DNA of 64,000 nt from an uncultured Thermococci archaeon (GTDB lineage: Archaea; CAYQAE01; CAYVLA01), in assembly GCA_964549615.1 (NCBI GenBank), contig CAZJVP010000104.1, forward strand, positions 1 to 64,000, written 5' to 3'. Both the position numbers and the translations under genes were made by a program. The notes below the pieces were generated by a model that was not told where the DNA came from, did no database searches, and worked only from the letters and a program-made list of their open reading frames with translations. Shown here in pieces: positions 18,595 through 28,272 of the stretch (positions are counted from its first letter, which is position 1; each line of letters begins with the position of its first letter).

Positions 18595-20086
18595 ACCGTG
18601 GGGTCGCCACCACGCCGTACAGCCAGGGCTGCCGAATCTCCGTCTCCAGCGCCTCCTGCGCCTTCAAATCGCCCTTTGAAGGGATCAGCGACTGTATGAA
18701 CCTCCTCATGTCGAGCTCCATGGCGCGTGCAATCTCCGGGTACTGCTCGAGGACGTTGTCTTTCTCCGCAACATCTTTGGGCAACCATTGAGAGGGCCTC
18801 GGGGGGATGAAACCCTCGGTTAGGCGATAGAGCTCAGGAGACCTGTCTTCCTGGGCCGCCTTCGGATACCCGATGCCCCAGGTATAGGGTGCCTTTCCTC
18901 CGAGCCAGATGTAGAAGCTCCACTCCCTGTTCCTGATGCTCCAAGAGCGACCGTAGTGCCCACTTATGCCAAAGTCTGGTGAAGAATCCTCTCCTGATGC
19001 GATCCGGAGGAGGCTCCGACCTTGCACGGTGGCGGGAACCTCGACGCCGAGTGCGTCGAGTATGGTCGGCATGATATCGGGCATTCCTACGAACCTCTTC
19101 ACGTGTCCGGGCGAGATCCCCAAGCCGTCCGGAGGCCGCAGTATCAGCGGAAAGTGGGAGAGCTCCTCGTAAGGCCAGGGCCGGACCTTCTTCACGATGC
19201 CGTGCTCCCCCAAGGGCTCTCCGTGATCGGAGAGCAGAATCAGCAGCGTCCTGTCGAGGAGCCCCAAACTGCTGACTTTCTCCAGGAACCTGCCGACCCA
19301 TTCGTCGACGAGGCTTACCTCCCCCGCGTATTGGGCGCGGTAGTGCCTCAGCTCGGGCAGGGTCCAGTCGTCGGATGGGCCCCCAGCCCAGATTATGGGG
19401 CGTCCCTGGTACTCGTCGACCCTATACATCTCGCTATACGGCGCCGGAGGGTCCCATGGTTCATGGGGGTCGAAGCTGTCCAGCCAGAGGAAGAGGCGGT
19501 CGTTCCTTCCCTTCTCTACCTGCTCCTCAAGCCACTCGCCAGCCGTCTTCACGACCTGGGCGACGAAATGATCCTCCTCGCCTCGCCAGCTCGCCCTGTT
19601 TCTGAGGTACTGTGCAAGCTTCTCCCTAGCTTCCTCATCCGTCTGCCCAAGGTAAGCCGCCCTCCAGTCCCTTGGGCTGAACTGCTCGACGTCGGTGGGG
19701 ATGCTCGGGTCGACGATGTAGGGGTCCGTCTCCTGGCCCCGGATCCAGATCACCGTATCGAACCCCCTTGAGAATCCCATCTGGGGTTTGTGCATGTGGT
19801 AGGTGTCTGAGATCAGGGCCGACCTGTAACCCTTGTCCCATAAGGTCTCGGCGAGGAGCACGTCCTCTTTCTCCAGGGGCTGCCATCTTCTGAACGGCAG
19901 CGTGTATCGGCCTGTGAAGAGCGAGGTCCGCACCGGGATGGTGGGCAATCCCTCCGCGTAGGCCAGATCGAAGACTAGCGATTCCTTGGCTAGGGAGTCG
20001 ATGTTCGGGGTCCTTATCCAGGTGTTTCCATAGCAGCCCAAGTGGTCTGCCCTCAGGCTGTCAAGCATCACGACTATTGCGTTCAT
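18581..20086 (-). CDS. sulfatase-like hydrolase (alkaline phosphatase superfamily)
   Basis: VMLDSLRADHLGCYG, PTIPVRTSLFTG, FDPHEPW, SDHGE, PYEELSHFPL. Confidence 0.88.
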   Translation of the reverse strand: MNAIVVMLDSLRADHLGCYGNTWIRTPNIDSLAKESLVFDLAYAEGLPTIPVRTSLFTGRYTLPFRRWQPLEKEDVLLAETLWDKGYRSALISDTYHMHKPQMGFSRGFDTVIWIRGQETDPYIVDPSIPTDVEQFSPRDWRAAYLGQTDEEAREKLAQYLRNRASWRGEEDHFVAQVVKTAGEWLEEQVEKGRNDRLFLWLDSFDPHEPWDPPAPYSEMYRVDEYQGRPIIWAGGPSDDWTLPELRHYRAQYAGEVSLVDEWVGRFLEKVSSLGLLDRTLLILLSDHGEPLGEHGIVKKVRPWPYEELSHFPLILRPPDGLGISPGHVKRFVGMPDIMPTILDALGVEVPATVQGRSLLRIASGEDSSPDFGISGHYGRSWSIRNREWSFYIWLGGKAPYTWGIGYPKAAQEDRSPELYRLTEGFIPPRPSQWLPKDVAEKDNVLEQYPEIARAMELDMRRFIQSLIPSKGDLKAQEALETEIRQPWLYGVVATPRSKAG

Positions 20087-20567
20087 GTTCCAGGGCTTCG
20101 GTAGGCTTCTCTTAAGTGAGATCCCTGGTTCCCTGGAGGTATTCGGCCCCGATTCATGCGAAACCCAAAAGCCCGGCGCCTCTCCGCAACCGCAATGATC
20201 CATCGCGGCCAGCCCCTGAGGGTCAACACCGCGCCCGGTCCGATCTCATCCTGAGGGTAGGCCCACCGCACGCCGGGCGTCGAGGCGGTGGGAAGTCGAG
20301 GGTGGTCCGATACATGTTTAGCCACATCGGTTGATCGAATGGGCTCGCCACTCTTGATTCGGGGATGGTTCTGCCCCGTGTCCGTTACACTCGCGAGCCT
20401 TGAGGAATGTCGTGGGCCCTCGTGCCGAGCCAAACGGCCTAGGCGCTTAGGCCCTCTTTGAGGACAAGAGCGGTCGTCTTTCGGATCTTGGCCGCCTGAG
20501 GCTGAGGGAGAGGAGTGCCGCCTATCCGGCCGCCCCCATCGGTAAAGCCCCGGGAGAAGCGCGAGTT

Positions 20568-21656
20568 CTAGATGCGGTTGATCGTGTAGGAAGTGGTGCC
20601 GAGGCGGGATGCAGCGGCGAGGCCGAGGAAAAGCCTCCATTCCACGCCGGGCTTGATCGTCGATAGCCTATCCTGTTGGGATTCGGCCCGAGCCAAAGGC
20701 CCGCCTGGATAGACAGGGCTTGCATTGATCATGTCCGCAGATGCTTGGTCCACAGCGACCGGATCCAAGCTCGTCAGCAGACCGAAGTCTGCGACTACGG
20801 GGAGCTCGCTTCCTCCGGCGCAGTCGCATTGTTCGGTGACATCGAAGCCGAGGTTCATGAAGATGCACTTGCGTGGCTTGAAGGTGGAGATGACGGCCGA
20901 TGCCCCATCAACGACCCCCCGGCAAACATCCCTAGACAGTGCGCTCCAGTTCACCTTCACAGCGCCGGATTTGCAGAGCGCGATGCACTCTCCGCACGAG
21001 GTACACTTATCGAGTTCGAACTTGGCTTTTCCGGCCTCCAGTGAAAGGGCGGAGGCAGGGCAGTGTCGCACGCAGGTCCCGCATCCAGTGCATTTGTTCG
21101 GGTCGAAAGCCGGCTTGGCATCCGAGGCGTGCATCCTCATCTTGGTTTCCTTGTCGGTGCAGCCCATCGCGATGTTCTTCAGGCTCCCCGCGGGGACGAC
21201 GTCAGGATGCAGTGTGATGTGGCTTAGAGCGACGAGGGCGTCGGCCTCGCAGATCAGCGATGCCACTCCTACCCTGGTTAGTTTGAGTGGTTCCCTGACT
21301 TCCACGGCGATGCCTCTGCTCTTTATCCCGTCTGCGATCAAGACCGGGCAGCCCATGGTCTCCGACGTGAACCCGTGCCTTGCGGCCGTTCGAAGGTAGT
21401 CGAACAACGTTCCTCTCTTGCGTCTATACAGGGAGGTCGAGTCGGTCACGAATGGTTCCGTTCCCTGGGACTTCAACCAATCCACGATTACACGGACTAT
21501 CGCGGGCCTGATGTACCTGGCATTGCCCTCCTCGCCCATGTGCAGCTTTATCGCGACAGCGTCAGATTCCTCGAGATCTGCCTGGCACGCCTCGAGATGG
21601 CGCGGGATCTTCGTTAAGAGCCTTGGCGGGTCAGAATGGAATACGGTCGATGTCAT
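20568..21656 (-). CDS. DUF362 protein with inserted 2x[4Fe-4S] ferredoxin domain
   Basis: AIKLHMGE, LKNIAMGC, CTGCGTCVRHCP and CTSCGECIALC, CDC, DPVAVDQAS; GGAGG upstream of ATG 21656. Confidence 0.88.
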   Translation of the reverse strand: MTSTVFHSDPPRLLTKIPRHLEACQADLEESDAVAIKLHMGEEGNARYIRPAIVRVIVDWLKSQGTEPFVTDSTSLYRRKRGTLFDYLRTAARHGFTSETMGCPVLIADGIKSRGIAVEVREPLKLTRVGVASLICEADALVALSHITLHPDVVPAGSLKNIAMGCTDKETKMRMHASDAKPAFDPNKCTGCGTCVRHCPASALSLEAGKAKFELDKCTSCGECIALCKSGAVKVNWSALSRDVCRGVVDGASAVISTFKPRKCIFMNLGFDVTEQCDCAGGSELPVVADFGLLTSLDPVAVDQASADMINASPVYPGGPLARAESQQDRLSTIKPGVEWRLFLGLAAASRLGTTSYTINRI

Positions 21657-21780
21657 CTGCCAACCTCCGGAAAAAAAAGGTCGCACCTGGATGAAAATGA
21701 AACTGTTGGCGCCCGTCGGGAGAAGACCGATCGAGCGCCCGCGGTCAGGAAGAGAACCGATCGCAAACGCGTAAGGCGGA

Positions 21781-21799
21781 AGAAGCAGAAAAAGGGGGG
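21781..21799 (-). terminator. putative oligo-pyrimidine terminator
   Basis: CCCCCCTTTTTCTGCTTCT directly follows the stop of CDS 21800..22099. Confidence 0.35.
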
Positions 21800-22099
21800 C
21801 TAGACCCTGTAGACCGTCACTTGTTTGCCGAATTCCTTCGTCTCGTAGATCATCTCGGCCTTGTCGCCGGCCCAGGTCCCCTCGCCCTCGACTTCGAATC
21901 TGTGGATATCCCTGGGACCTATCACGATGTCGTCCTCGATCTCGAGCTCATCCACGGTGACGGTTCCGTCCCAGTGGAAAGCCCTAAACCTGATCACGCT
22001 GCCCCTCGGGAGTGTAACGGACCTGTTGAGGGTGTTCTTCACCTGAACTATGTAGAGGTCCTCCATGTTTTCTATCGCATGAACTTCTAAGGCTGCCAT
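21800..22099 (-). CDS. hypothetical small acidic, beta-rich protein
   Basis: Protein-like 99-aa ORF, co-oriented with the symporter genes, with GGTGG upstream. Confidence 0.65.
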   Translation of the reverse strand: MAALEVHAIENMEDLYIVQVKNTLNRSVTLPRGSVIRFRAFHWDGTVTVDELEIEDDIVIGPRDIHRFEVEGEGTWAGDKAEMIYETKEFGKQVTVYRV

Positions 22100-22154
22100 G
22101 GCTTTCCACCCAATCTTCTAAGCTGTCCGCACTCTAATTAAGTTTGCGGGACCG

Positions 22155-22364
22155 CTAGCCCATGATCTCGCCGCTGGGCCACATGCCGTGTCTCTTGACG
22201 TCCCAGATGTACAGGACGTACCAGATCAAGCTGGTCGGAATCATCAGTTGCCCGACTGCCTTGTACGGGGTGACCAACCACAGGGTGATGCCCGTGCTTA
22301 GGAACGTGCCCGCGAAGGATATGAGGAGGGCGAAAACCATGTCCCTTGCGATCCATTTCTGCAC
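22155..22364 (-). CDS. small two-TM membrane protein
   Basis: Two hydrophobic segments; GAGGTGA RBS upstream; 9 nt downstream of the symporter. Confidence 0.7.
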   Translation of the reverse strand: MQKWIARDMVFALLISFAGTFLSTGITLWLVTPYKAVGQLMIPTSLIWYVLYIWDVKRHGMWPSGEIMG

Positions 22365-22373
22365 GCTTTCACC

Positions 22374-23912
22374 TCACAGACCGCTGGTTGCGGCTCTCTC
22401 CAGTTCCTCCACCTGAAGCTTGATGTGCCCCCAGAAACCGGGCGGCCTTGTCCTCCTGTAGTAGTCCATCAGGACGTCCGGCGACGACGGTGGGAGTATC
22501 CACACCAAGAGCATCGCCGGGAACCATGCCAGTACTGAGATGATCCATTGCAGCGTGTAGACCGGATAGGCTCCCTCAAAGACGTTCATGATGACGATGT
22601 TGATCGGGTAGTGTATGAGGCTCGTAAGGAGAGCGATCCATCCGCCCCACCTCCACCAGTAGAAGGTTGCAAGCCCACCTATGGCATGTCCGGCATTCAG
22701 AGTGGCCCACCAGAACATCACGGGCACGATCTGATAGGTATAGTAAGCGTACATCATGCCCAGCGCGCTCGACGAAAGCAGCGAGATCCTAGTGATCCAG
22801 ATGTAGTGTCTGTCGGACTTCCCCGGGGCCACAAGCCGCCTGTAGAAGTCGTTCGCGAACGTTCCGCCTTGCCAGATCCTTCCGACCTGGCCGGTGATCA
22901 GAACTGGAGTCAGCCACACTCCCACGAACAATCCCATCAAGCCTGAGGGTAGCAAGATCCTGACCAGCTTGCCGAAGGCCAGCTCTTCAAACGCTATTTC
23001 GGGGAAGTGCACCATCGTCGCCAGGGCCATCGGGATGAATATAAGCGCTCCCGGCCAGCCGAGGATCGAGCTCCCGAAGTAGTTGCCCACCAAGGCATCG
23101 TCCTCGCTCTTCGCGCCTAGGACGCCCCAACCGCCGGTGCCGCCCCAACCGAGAAGGGCGAAGGCCCATCCGCCCAACCACAGGCCCAGTGGCCAGTCCT
23201 CGGTGAAGCCGAGAATCCTCAGGTTGTACGGGCTGCCCCAAGCCTGGAAGGACGAGACGATCCCGGCGTAGCCGCCCGCAGTGGTCCACGAGAAGTAGGT
23301 GAGAAGGCCGTACATGACCATTATCAGCGGGTACAGCAGCAGGCTGGTCCAAGTCATGCCCCATATCCCAGACAGGACCGGCAAAAGCCATGCACCGATG
23401 TACAGCTGGATGGCGGCCCAAACCATGTCGTTCACCCCCGCGAGCTGATACATCGCCTGCCCGACGAGCTTTGCACCCATCCCTAGGCTAATCGGCCCGC
23501 TGACGAACATGCCATGCAGCGAGTTATAACCTCTGAGAAATGCGCCGGGCTTGCCGCCGAACCTTAGATCGAGCCATTGGTTGCCAGTAATGGCGCCAGT
23601 TCTGTAGTACACGCGGACGTTGAAGTAGGTCCTGGCCAGGCCGTACGGCTCTCCGATGCTGAAAACGCTGATGAGCCCGTACTGGGAGATCATCGTTATG
23701 TTGGTTATCGGTGCCGTGGGGCTCACTTGCGCCACGCTCGCGATCCCGACGTACCACCAGGGGAAGCGCTTGCCCCCGATGATGTATTCCATCCACGTGC
23801 CCCTCGAATACCGGGATCCATAGAACGCCACGAATAGTATGATGACGAGCCACAAGGCAGCGAGGATGATGTCGAGTGCGCTCATCTGCCAGACAATGAC
23901 GCCCTGGAACAA
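22374..23912 (-). CDS. sodium:solute symporter (SSS) family protein
   Basis: EYIIGGKRFPWWYVGIASVA, TGNQWLDLRFGG, GAKSEDDA, LPSGLMGL, NDFYRR, YYRRTRPPGFW; about 12-13 hydrophobic segments. Confidence 0.85.
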   Translation of the reverse strand: MFQGVIVWQMSALDIILAALWLVIILFVAFYGSRYSRGTWMEYIIGGKRFPWWYVGIASVAQVSPTAPITNITMISQYGLISVFSIGEPYGLARTYFNVRVYYRTGAITGNQWLDLRFGGKPGAFLRGYNSLHGMFVSGPISLGMGAKLVGQAMYQLAGVNDMVWAAIQLYIGAWLLPVLSGIWGMTWTSLLLYPLIMVMYGLLTYFSWTTAGGYAGIVSSFQAWGSPYNLRILGFTEDWPLGLWLGGWAFALLGWGGTGGWGVLGAKSEDDALVGNYFGSSILGWPGALIFIPMALATMVHFPEIAFEELAFGKLVRILLPSGLMGLFVGVWLTPVLITGQVGRIWQGGTFANDFYRRLVAPGKSDRHYIWITRISLLSSSALGMMYAYYTYQIVPVMFWWATLNAGHAIGGLATFYWWRWGGWIALLTSLIHYPINIVIMNVFEGAYPVYTLQWIISVLAWFPAMLLVWILPPSSPDVLMDYYRRTRPPGFWGHIKLQVEELERAATSGL

Positions 23913-23967
23913 AAGCCCACCTCAGCTAACGACTGGAGCTGGAATTGGCCCGGCCTCCGGCGTTTTG

Positions 23968-23982
23968 TATATAAATGTTTTG
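23968..23982 (-). promoter_or_regulatory. BRE/TATA promoter of symporter operon
   Basis: CAAAACATTTATATA on the minus strand, about 55 nt upstream of start 23912. Confidence 0.6.
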
Positions 23983-24024
23983 CAGGTGCCCTTTTTGGGT
24001 CGAAACGAGCAAAGCGGACGTTTT

Positions 24025-25167
24025 TCACCGAATCGAGCAGAAATAGGCCGCAATTCGCCTGAGTACGTCCAGAGAGGCCTGCAAATCTGAAGGACTAAGT
24101 CGGTCAGGTGTATCTTCGATGGTGTGCTGAATGGGCGTTGGGCCCCCGCAGGTCAGAAAGATCGATCTGACGCCTGCACGGTGGAAAGACCAGTGATCGC
24201 CCCATGGGGTCAGCGGAAGTTGGGAGAACACGCCCTTCAGCGGTGGAATCTTCGCAAGGCTTGGGTCGCTGCATCTTGCTTGGGGTTCGGCTCCTCGGTA
24301 CCCCACGCCGTCCACGTTGACGGCGAGGGAAAGTCCTTCTCGGCGTTTTGCACAGAAGGCAATCGAACCAAAGAGCCCAAGCTCCTCGGCGCTGGAGAAG
24401 CATAGGACGACCTTCCTTTTCGGATTCCGGGCTGAGACCCAGAGCCCAAGCTCCAAGACGGTTGCCACGCCTGACGCGTTATCCCAAGCGCCCTCGGTCC
24501 AACTGTCGTAGTGGGCGCAGAAGACGGTCGCGGGTTCCGAACCTTGAGAAAGCCATACAACGTTCGCCGACCGGTCCGGATAGACCCGGTTGAGGACGCT
24601 TAGCCGAGCCGTATGTTTCGCTGCCTCGAGTTCCAGCAGCTGCCTCCCAGTCTGATATCCGACCGAAACGGCCGGAATGGTCCCGCTGCGTCTCTTCCGG
24701 ACGATGCCGAGAGGCGGCGGATGCCCGGGTTCACCGATGAGGATGAAGGCCTTCGCGCCTGCCTCCACCGCGTTCCTGTACTTCTCTATCCTGTGCAAGA
24801 ACCGTGGCGATGTTTCAGGCTCCGAGGAGCAGAGAACCAATCTGGCCCGCGCTTCACCGCATTCCTCCCTCGTCCCCGCGCCGCAGTAAACGAGCCGACC
24901 CTCAATGCTGCCCGAGGCGGAGTATCCCAGCTGCTGAATGGGCAGGTTGACACCCGGTGGAACCGTGAGTTCGCCTGAAATCGGGGCCCAGTTGAGCAAC
25001 TCGAAGGGCTCCACAGCGGCCTGCCCCGATCCCAGCTCGTTCAGGCGGTCTAGGATGAGTTCCCTGCAGGCTTCTTCGGGCTTGGACCCTGGTAAGCGCG
25101 GCCCAAGTCCGCATATCGTCTCAATCGTGCTCAGGATCCTGCGTCCGGCGTCGGTCAAATCCCTCAT
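24025..25167 (-). CDS. M28 family peptidase with PA domain
   Basis: GPRLPGS, KYRNAVEAGAKAFI, CAHYDS, GAWDNASG, AEELGLFGS, VNVDG, GDHWSF, HTIEDT; ATG 25167 overlaps the upstream stop. Confidence 0.88.
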   Translation of the reverse strand: MRDLTDAGRRILSTIETICGLGPRLPGSKPEEACRELILDRLNELGSGQAAVEPFELLNWAPISGELTVPPGVNLPIQQLGYSASGSIEGRLVYCGAGTREECGEARARLVLCSSEPETSPRFLHRIEKYRNAVEAGAKAFILIGEPGHPPPLGIVRKRRSGTIPAVSVGYQTGRQLLELEAAKHTARLSVLNRVYPDRSANVVWLSQGSEPATVFCAHYDSWTEGAWDNASGVATVLELGLWVSARNPKRKVVLCFSSAEELGLFGSIAFCAKRREGLSLAVNVDGVGYRGAEPQARCSDPSLAKIPPLKGVFSQLPLTPWGDHWSFHRAGVRSIFLTCGGPTPIQHTIEDTPDRLSPSDLQASLDVLRRIAAYFCSIR

Positions 25168-25355
25168 CAGTAGAAGAGCTGGATGATCAAAACTAGCGAG
25201 ACGAACATCCCGAGCGCGATTAGGAACGTCAGGTTTCGGCGCCTCTCGCGTCGGGCTGCCGAGATGAAGGCATGCTCGCAGTCCGCGCTGCAGAATTGCT
25301 CCTTCCTTGAAATGGCTCGGCCACAACCAAGACAGTGGCGGTGGTCGTCTACCAA
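25167..25355 (-). CDS. DUF2116 family zinc-ribbon membrane protein
   Basis: HRHCLGCGRAI...FCSADC plus a C-terminal TM helix; TTG 25355. Confidence 0.8.
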   Translation of the reverse strand: MVDDHRHCLGCGRAISRKEQFCSADCEHAFISAARRERRRNLTFLIALGMFVSLVLIIQLFY

Positions 25356-25478
25356 GACCGCACCCTTCCTCGATTTCGGGGTGATCGATATTAATGGTTC
25401 TTGACAAGGGCCAAGCGGCGTGGCGTGCGACGGTGGGGCCGCGAAGCGGTTATAAGTCACCGGATCCGTCTAGACCTC

Positions 25479-25865
25479 ATGGGCGACGTTCCGCAAGAAA
25501 GGATACCCATTGAAGGCGGGTGGGGCTCGGCGCTTCTCGGGATCTTGATCACTTCCCTCTCGCTTGTCATGATGTGCTTGGTCGCCTTCTTCCCGCAGGC
25601 GGATGTGGAGAGCTTCCTGCTCAGCCTCATAACGGTCTCGTGCCTTCTCGCAACCGGAGCAGCGATCCTGACGCTCGTGTCAGACTACCCCTTGATTCTG
25701 TCAAGCGTCAGCATTTTCCTGCTTCTGCTCTATTGGCGCCTGAGGTACGCCGGGGCCACCTGGCTTCTGGCGCTGTCGATTTCGACCTTCTTGCTAGCCC
25801 TGGCGCTCCACAAGAAGAGCCCAAGGAGCCATAGGTGGGCAGGGCGCAGGAAACACGGAAAATGA
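25479..25865 (+). CDS. hypothetical four-TM membrane protein
   Basis: Four hydrophobic segments; TTATAAG at about 25450 suggests a leaderless start at ATG 25479. Confidence 0.6.
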   Translation: MGDVPQERIPIEGGWGSALLGILITSLSLVMMCLVAFFPQADVESFLLSLITVSCLLATGAAILTLVSDYPLILSSVSIFLLLLYWRLRYAGATWLLALSISTFLLALALHKKSPRSHRWAGRRKHGK

Positions 25866-25940
25866 ACACAAGGCGTTCCAAGCAACAAGGCCGAACGAGC
25901 CCGAGCCAAGGGCCGCCTCCCGCGACATACAGCTCCTTGG

Positions 25941-26201
25941 TCACGAGGAATCGCTCGGCCCTGGCCGGCGCAAGTCCTGCCAATCAGTTGCGATGAGCAT
26001 CACGTTATTGCCTCTGATGAGAACCTCCTCGCCCTCAATTTCCATCTTGAGGTTCATGAACTGATCGAAGCCAGTCAGCCGGCCAGCCAGCTCAGTCTTG
26101 TCCACCAGCCGTATGAGTATCTCCTTGTTCGCCATCTCAGAGAGCACGTCCAGGGGCTCCTCCTGCTTTGTGCCATGCGCCGAGCGCTCTTCCTCATTCA
26201 T
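25941..26201 (-). CDS. Sm-like (Lsm/SmAP) RNA-binding protein
   Basis: PLDVL, Sm1 GRLTGFDQFMNL, Sm2 LIRGNNV; ATG 26201 overlaps the topA stop. Confidence 0.85.
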   Translation of the reverse strand: MNEEERSAHGTKQEEPLDVLSEMANKEILIRLVDKTELAGRLTGFDQFMNLKMEIEGEEVLIRGNNVMLIATDWQDLRRPGPSDSS

Positions 26202-28272
26202 TGCGGGTCCATCTCGCGGTGTTTCTGAGCGGGCATTCGACATTGAAGCAGAATCTCCAGGGCCTCCTGCCGGCCGCTTGAACGCTTATCAGAGGCTGAC
26301 CGCATCCCTTGCATTTGGTCCGCGTGACGTTCAGTCTGCCGTTCTGGGGAAGTGGCGCAGAGAAGCTGCAGCCCTTCGAATAACCTGAACACCCAATAAA
26401 TCTCTTTCCGGTCCTCCTAGACGTCACGAACCTGAGGGTTCCGCCGCACCTGGGACAGGGGCCCACTTCATTTGCCCTCGCCCTCGCTTGGACGGATGCC
26501 TCCGCCAGCTCCCTCCCGATCGCCTCCTCCTTCTCCTTGAAGTTCTTGAGGATTTCCGTCAAGGAGGATTTTGCTTCCTCGACGAGGTTCTCCATCTGGG
26601 TCCTTCCCTGCTCTATCGCCTCCATCTCCTTCTCCAGTTTGGCCGTAAGCGACTCGGAGAGCAGTCCCGGGCAGTAACGCGAGAGAGCGTCGACTACGGA
26701 CATACCGAGCTCCGTCACCTCAATGCTTCTGCCTCGGACGTAGCCGCGGTCGTAGAGGGTTTGTACTATCAGGGCTCTCGTTGCCTTGGTGCCCAGGGAT
26801 CTTCTCTCCATCTCCTTGATGATCGATGCTTGGGAGTATCTGGGTGGCGGCTCGGTCTCCTTATCCTCTTTCTTGACTTCTAGGACTTCCACAAGCTCAC
26901 CCTCCCCGAGGTGAGGGAGAACCGTGTCCTCGAACTTGGCATACGGCCCGTAGAAATCGATCCAGTTGGCCTCCAGCGTGCGCCGCCCGGAGGCTCGGAA
27001 CGGGAATCCCGCGCAAGTGAGCAGGACCTCCGTGGATTCGCGCTTCGCCGGCTCTGCAAAGCTTGAAAGGAATCTCCTGCAGATGAGGTCGTAGAGCTTG
27101 TCCTGGTCGACCCTGAGGCGGCCGGGCCGGGCCCCGGTGGGGTAGATAGCCGGATGCGCGGGGTCGGACTTGGTTCCCTGGCTTGGCCTGAGTTTTCCCC
27201 CGGCGAGAAGCCTGTTGCATAGGCCGGAGTACCTATCCTGGTTGGAGATCTGCGATATGATCCTACGGTAGCCGATGGTTGGAGGCAGTTTCTGGGAGCT
27301 CGTCCTCGGATAGGATATGAGTGCGTCCTCGTACAGCGCCTGCGCGATGTCCATCGTCCTTGCTGGGGAAAACCCGAAGTGCCGATATGCTTCCGTCTGC
27401 AGGGATGTCAGGTCGAAGGGGGGCGGCGGGCGGAGGGTCGAGACCTTCGTCTTGGCGCTCGTGACCCTGGCGGGCTGGCCGAGACATCTATGGTAGATCT
27501 CCTCGGCGTGCGCTTCGTCCCAGATCCTCTCGGGGTCGCTGCGGGCCGCAAACTCCAAGCCTTCATGGCGACAGAGCAGGAGGATTGTCCAGAATTTCTC
27601 GGGGACGAAGCTCGAGATCTCGCGCTCACGGTCGGCGAGCAGCTTCAGGGTAGGTCCCTGGACCCTGCCCGAGGAAAGTATGCCAAAGCCCCTTGCGTAT
27701 GGCTTCATGGCAAGCGTTAACGCCCGGGTGATGTTGATGCCCCAATACCAGTCCAAGATATGCCTAGCCAGTCCAGCCTGGATCTGACCGTAGTCGAGAT
27801 CTCCCGCCTCGTTGTACGACTTGACGAGGTCCGGGGTGGTCAGGGTGGAGAACTTCATCCTCTTGGCCGTTTCGGTGCCGCATGCGAACTTCAGGATGTT
27901 GTAGGCGATCACCGAACCTTCTCTGTCGTAGTCCGTCGCGGAGATGAAAGACCTGCAGTGTTTGGCGAGGGAGATGAAGTTCTCGAGGTAGGGTCGGGTG
28001 AACTGGCTGGACTTGTCGATCTCCCAGGAGGGCCTCCATTCGACATCGAAGACGGGATACGACCACCCGGAACCCTTCTGATGTATGCCGTAGAGATGCC
28101 CCGCCGCAGGCGACACTATGTGCAACTTTCCGTTGAGGTCCAGCTCATAGTAGGTGACACCCCTGGCTCTGACCGTCCTCGGTGCCTTGCCGGACATCGT
28201 GGCCAGGGCTCTCGCAATGCTCCTTGCTGTGCTGGGCTTCTCGGCGATGACCAGCGTGGGCCCATCCTGCAC
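26194..28272 (-). CDS. topA: DNA topoisomerase I (type IA)
   Basis: LVIAEKPSTA, ATDYDREG, SSGRVQGPTL, catalytic ISYPRT, AHPAIYPT, LGTKATR, C-terminal zinc ribbons. Confidence 0.95.
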   Translation of the reverse strand: MQDGPTLVIAEKPSTARSIARALATMSGKAPRTVRARGVTYYELDLNGKLHIVSPAAGHLYGIHQKGSGWSYPVFDVEWRPSWEIDKSSQFTRPYLENFISLAKHCRSFISATDYDREGSVIAYNILKFACGTETAKRMKFSTLTTPDLVKSYNEAGDLDYGQIQAGLARHILDWYWGINITRALTLAMKPYARGFGILSSGRVQGPTLKLLADREREISSFVPEKFWTILLLCRHEGLEFAARSDPERIWDEAHAEEIYHRCLGQPARVTSAKTKVSTLRPPPPFDLTSLQTEAYRHFGFSPARTMDIAQALYEDALISYPRTSSQKLPPTIGYRRIISQISNQDRYSGLCNRLLAGGKLRPSQGTKSDPAHPAIYPTGARPGRLRVDQDKLYDLICRRFLSSFAEPAKRESTEVLLTCAGFPFRASGRRTLEANWIDFYGPYAKFEDTVLPHLGEGELVEVLEVKKEDKETEPPPRYSQASIIKEMERRSLGTKATRALIVQTLYDRGYVRGRSIEVTELGMSVVDALSRYCPGLLSESLTAKLEKEMEAIEQGRTQMENLVEEAKSSLTEILKNFKEKEEAIGRELAEASVQARARANEVGPCPRCGGTLRFVTSRRTGKRFIGCSGYSKGCSFSAPLPQNGRLNVTRTKCKGCGQPLISVQAAGRRPWRFCFNVECPLRNTARWTRNE

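Noticed and set aside
20087-20567. SRP RNA or RNase P RNA; 185-aa ORF 20083-20640
   Set aside because: No SRP helix-8 or RNase P conserved-region motifs were found, and the ORF is low-complexity and overlaps its neighbours.
24025-25407. 460-aa peptidase with long N-terminal extension
   Set aside because: The extension overlaps the DUF2116 gene in another frame; ATG 25167 coupled to its stop is the better start.
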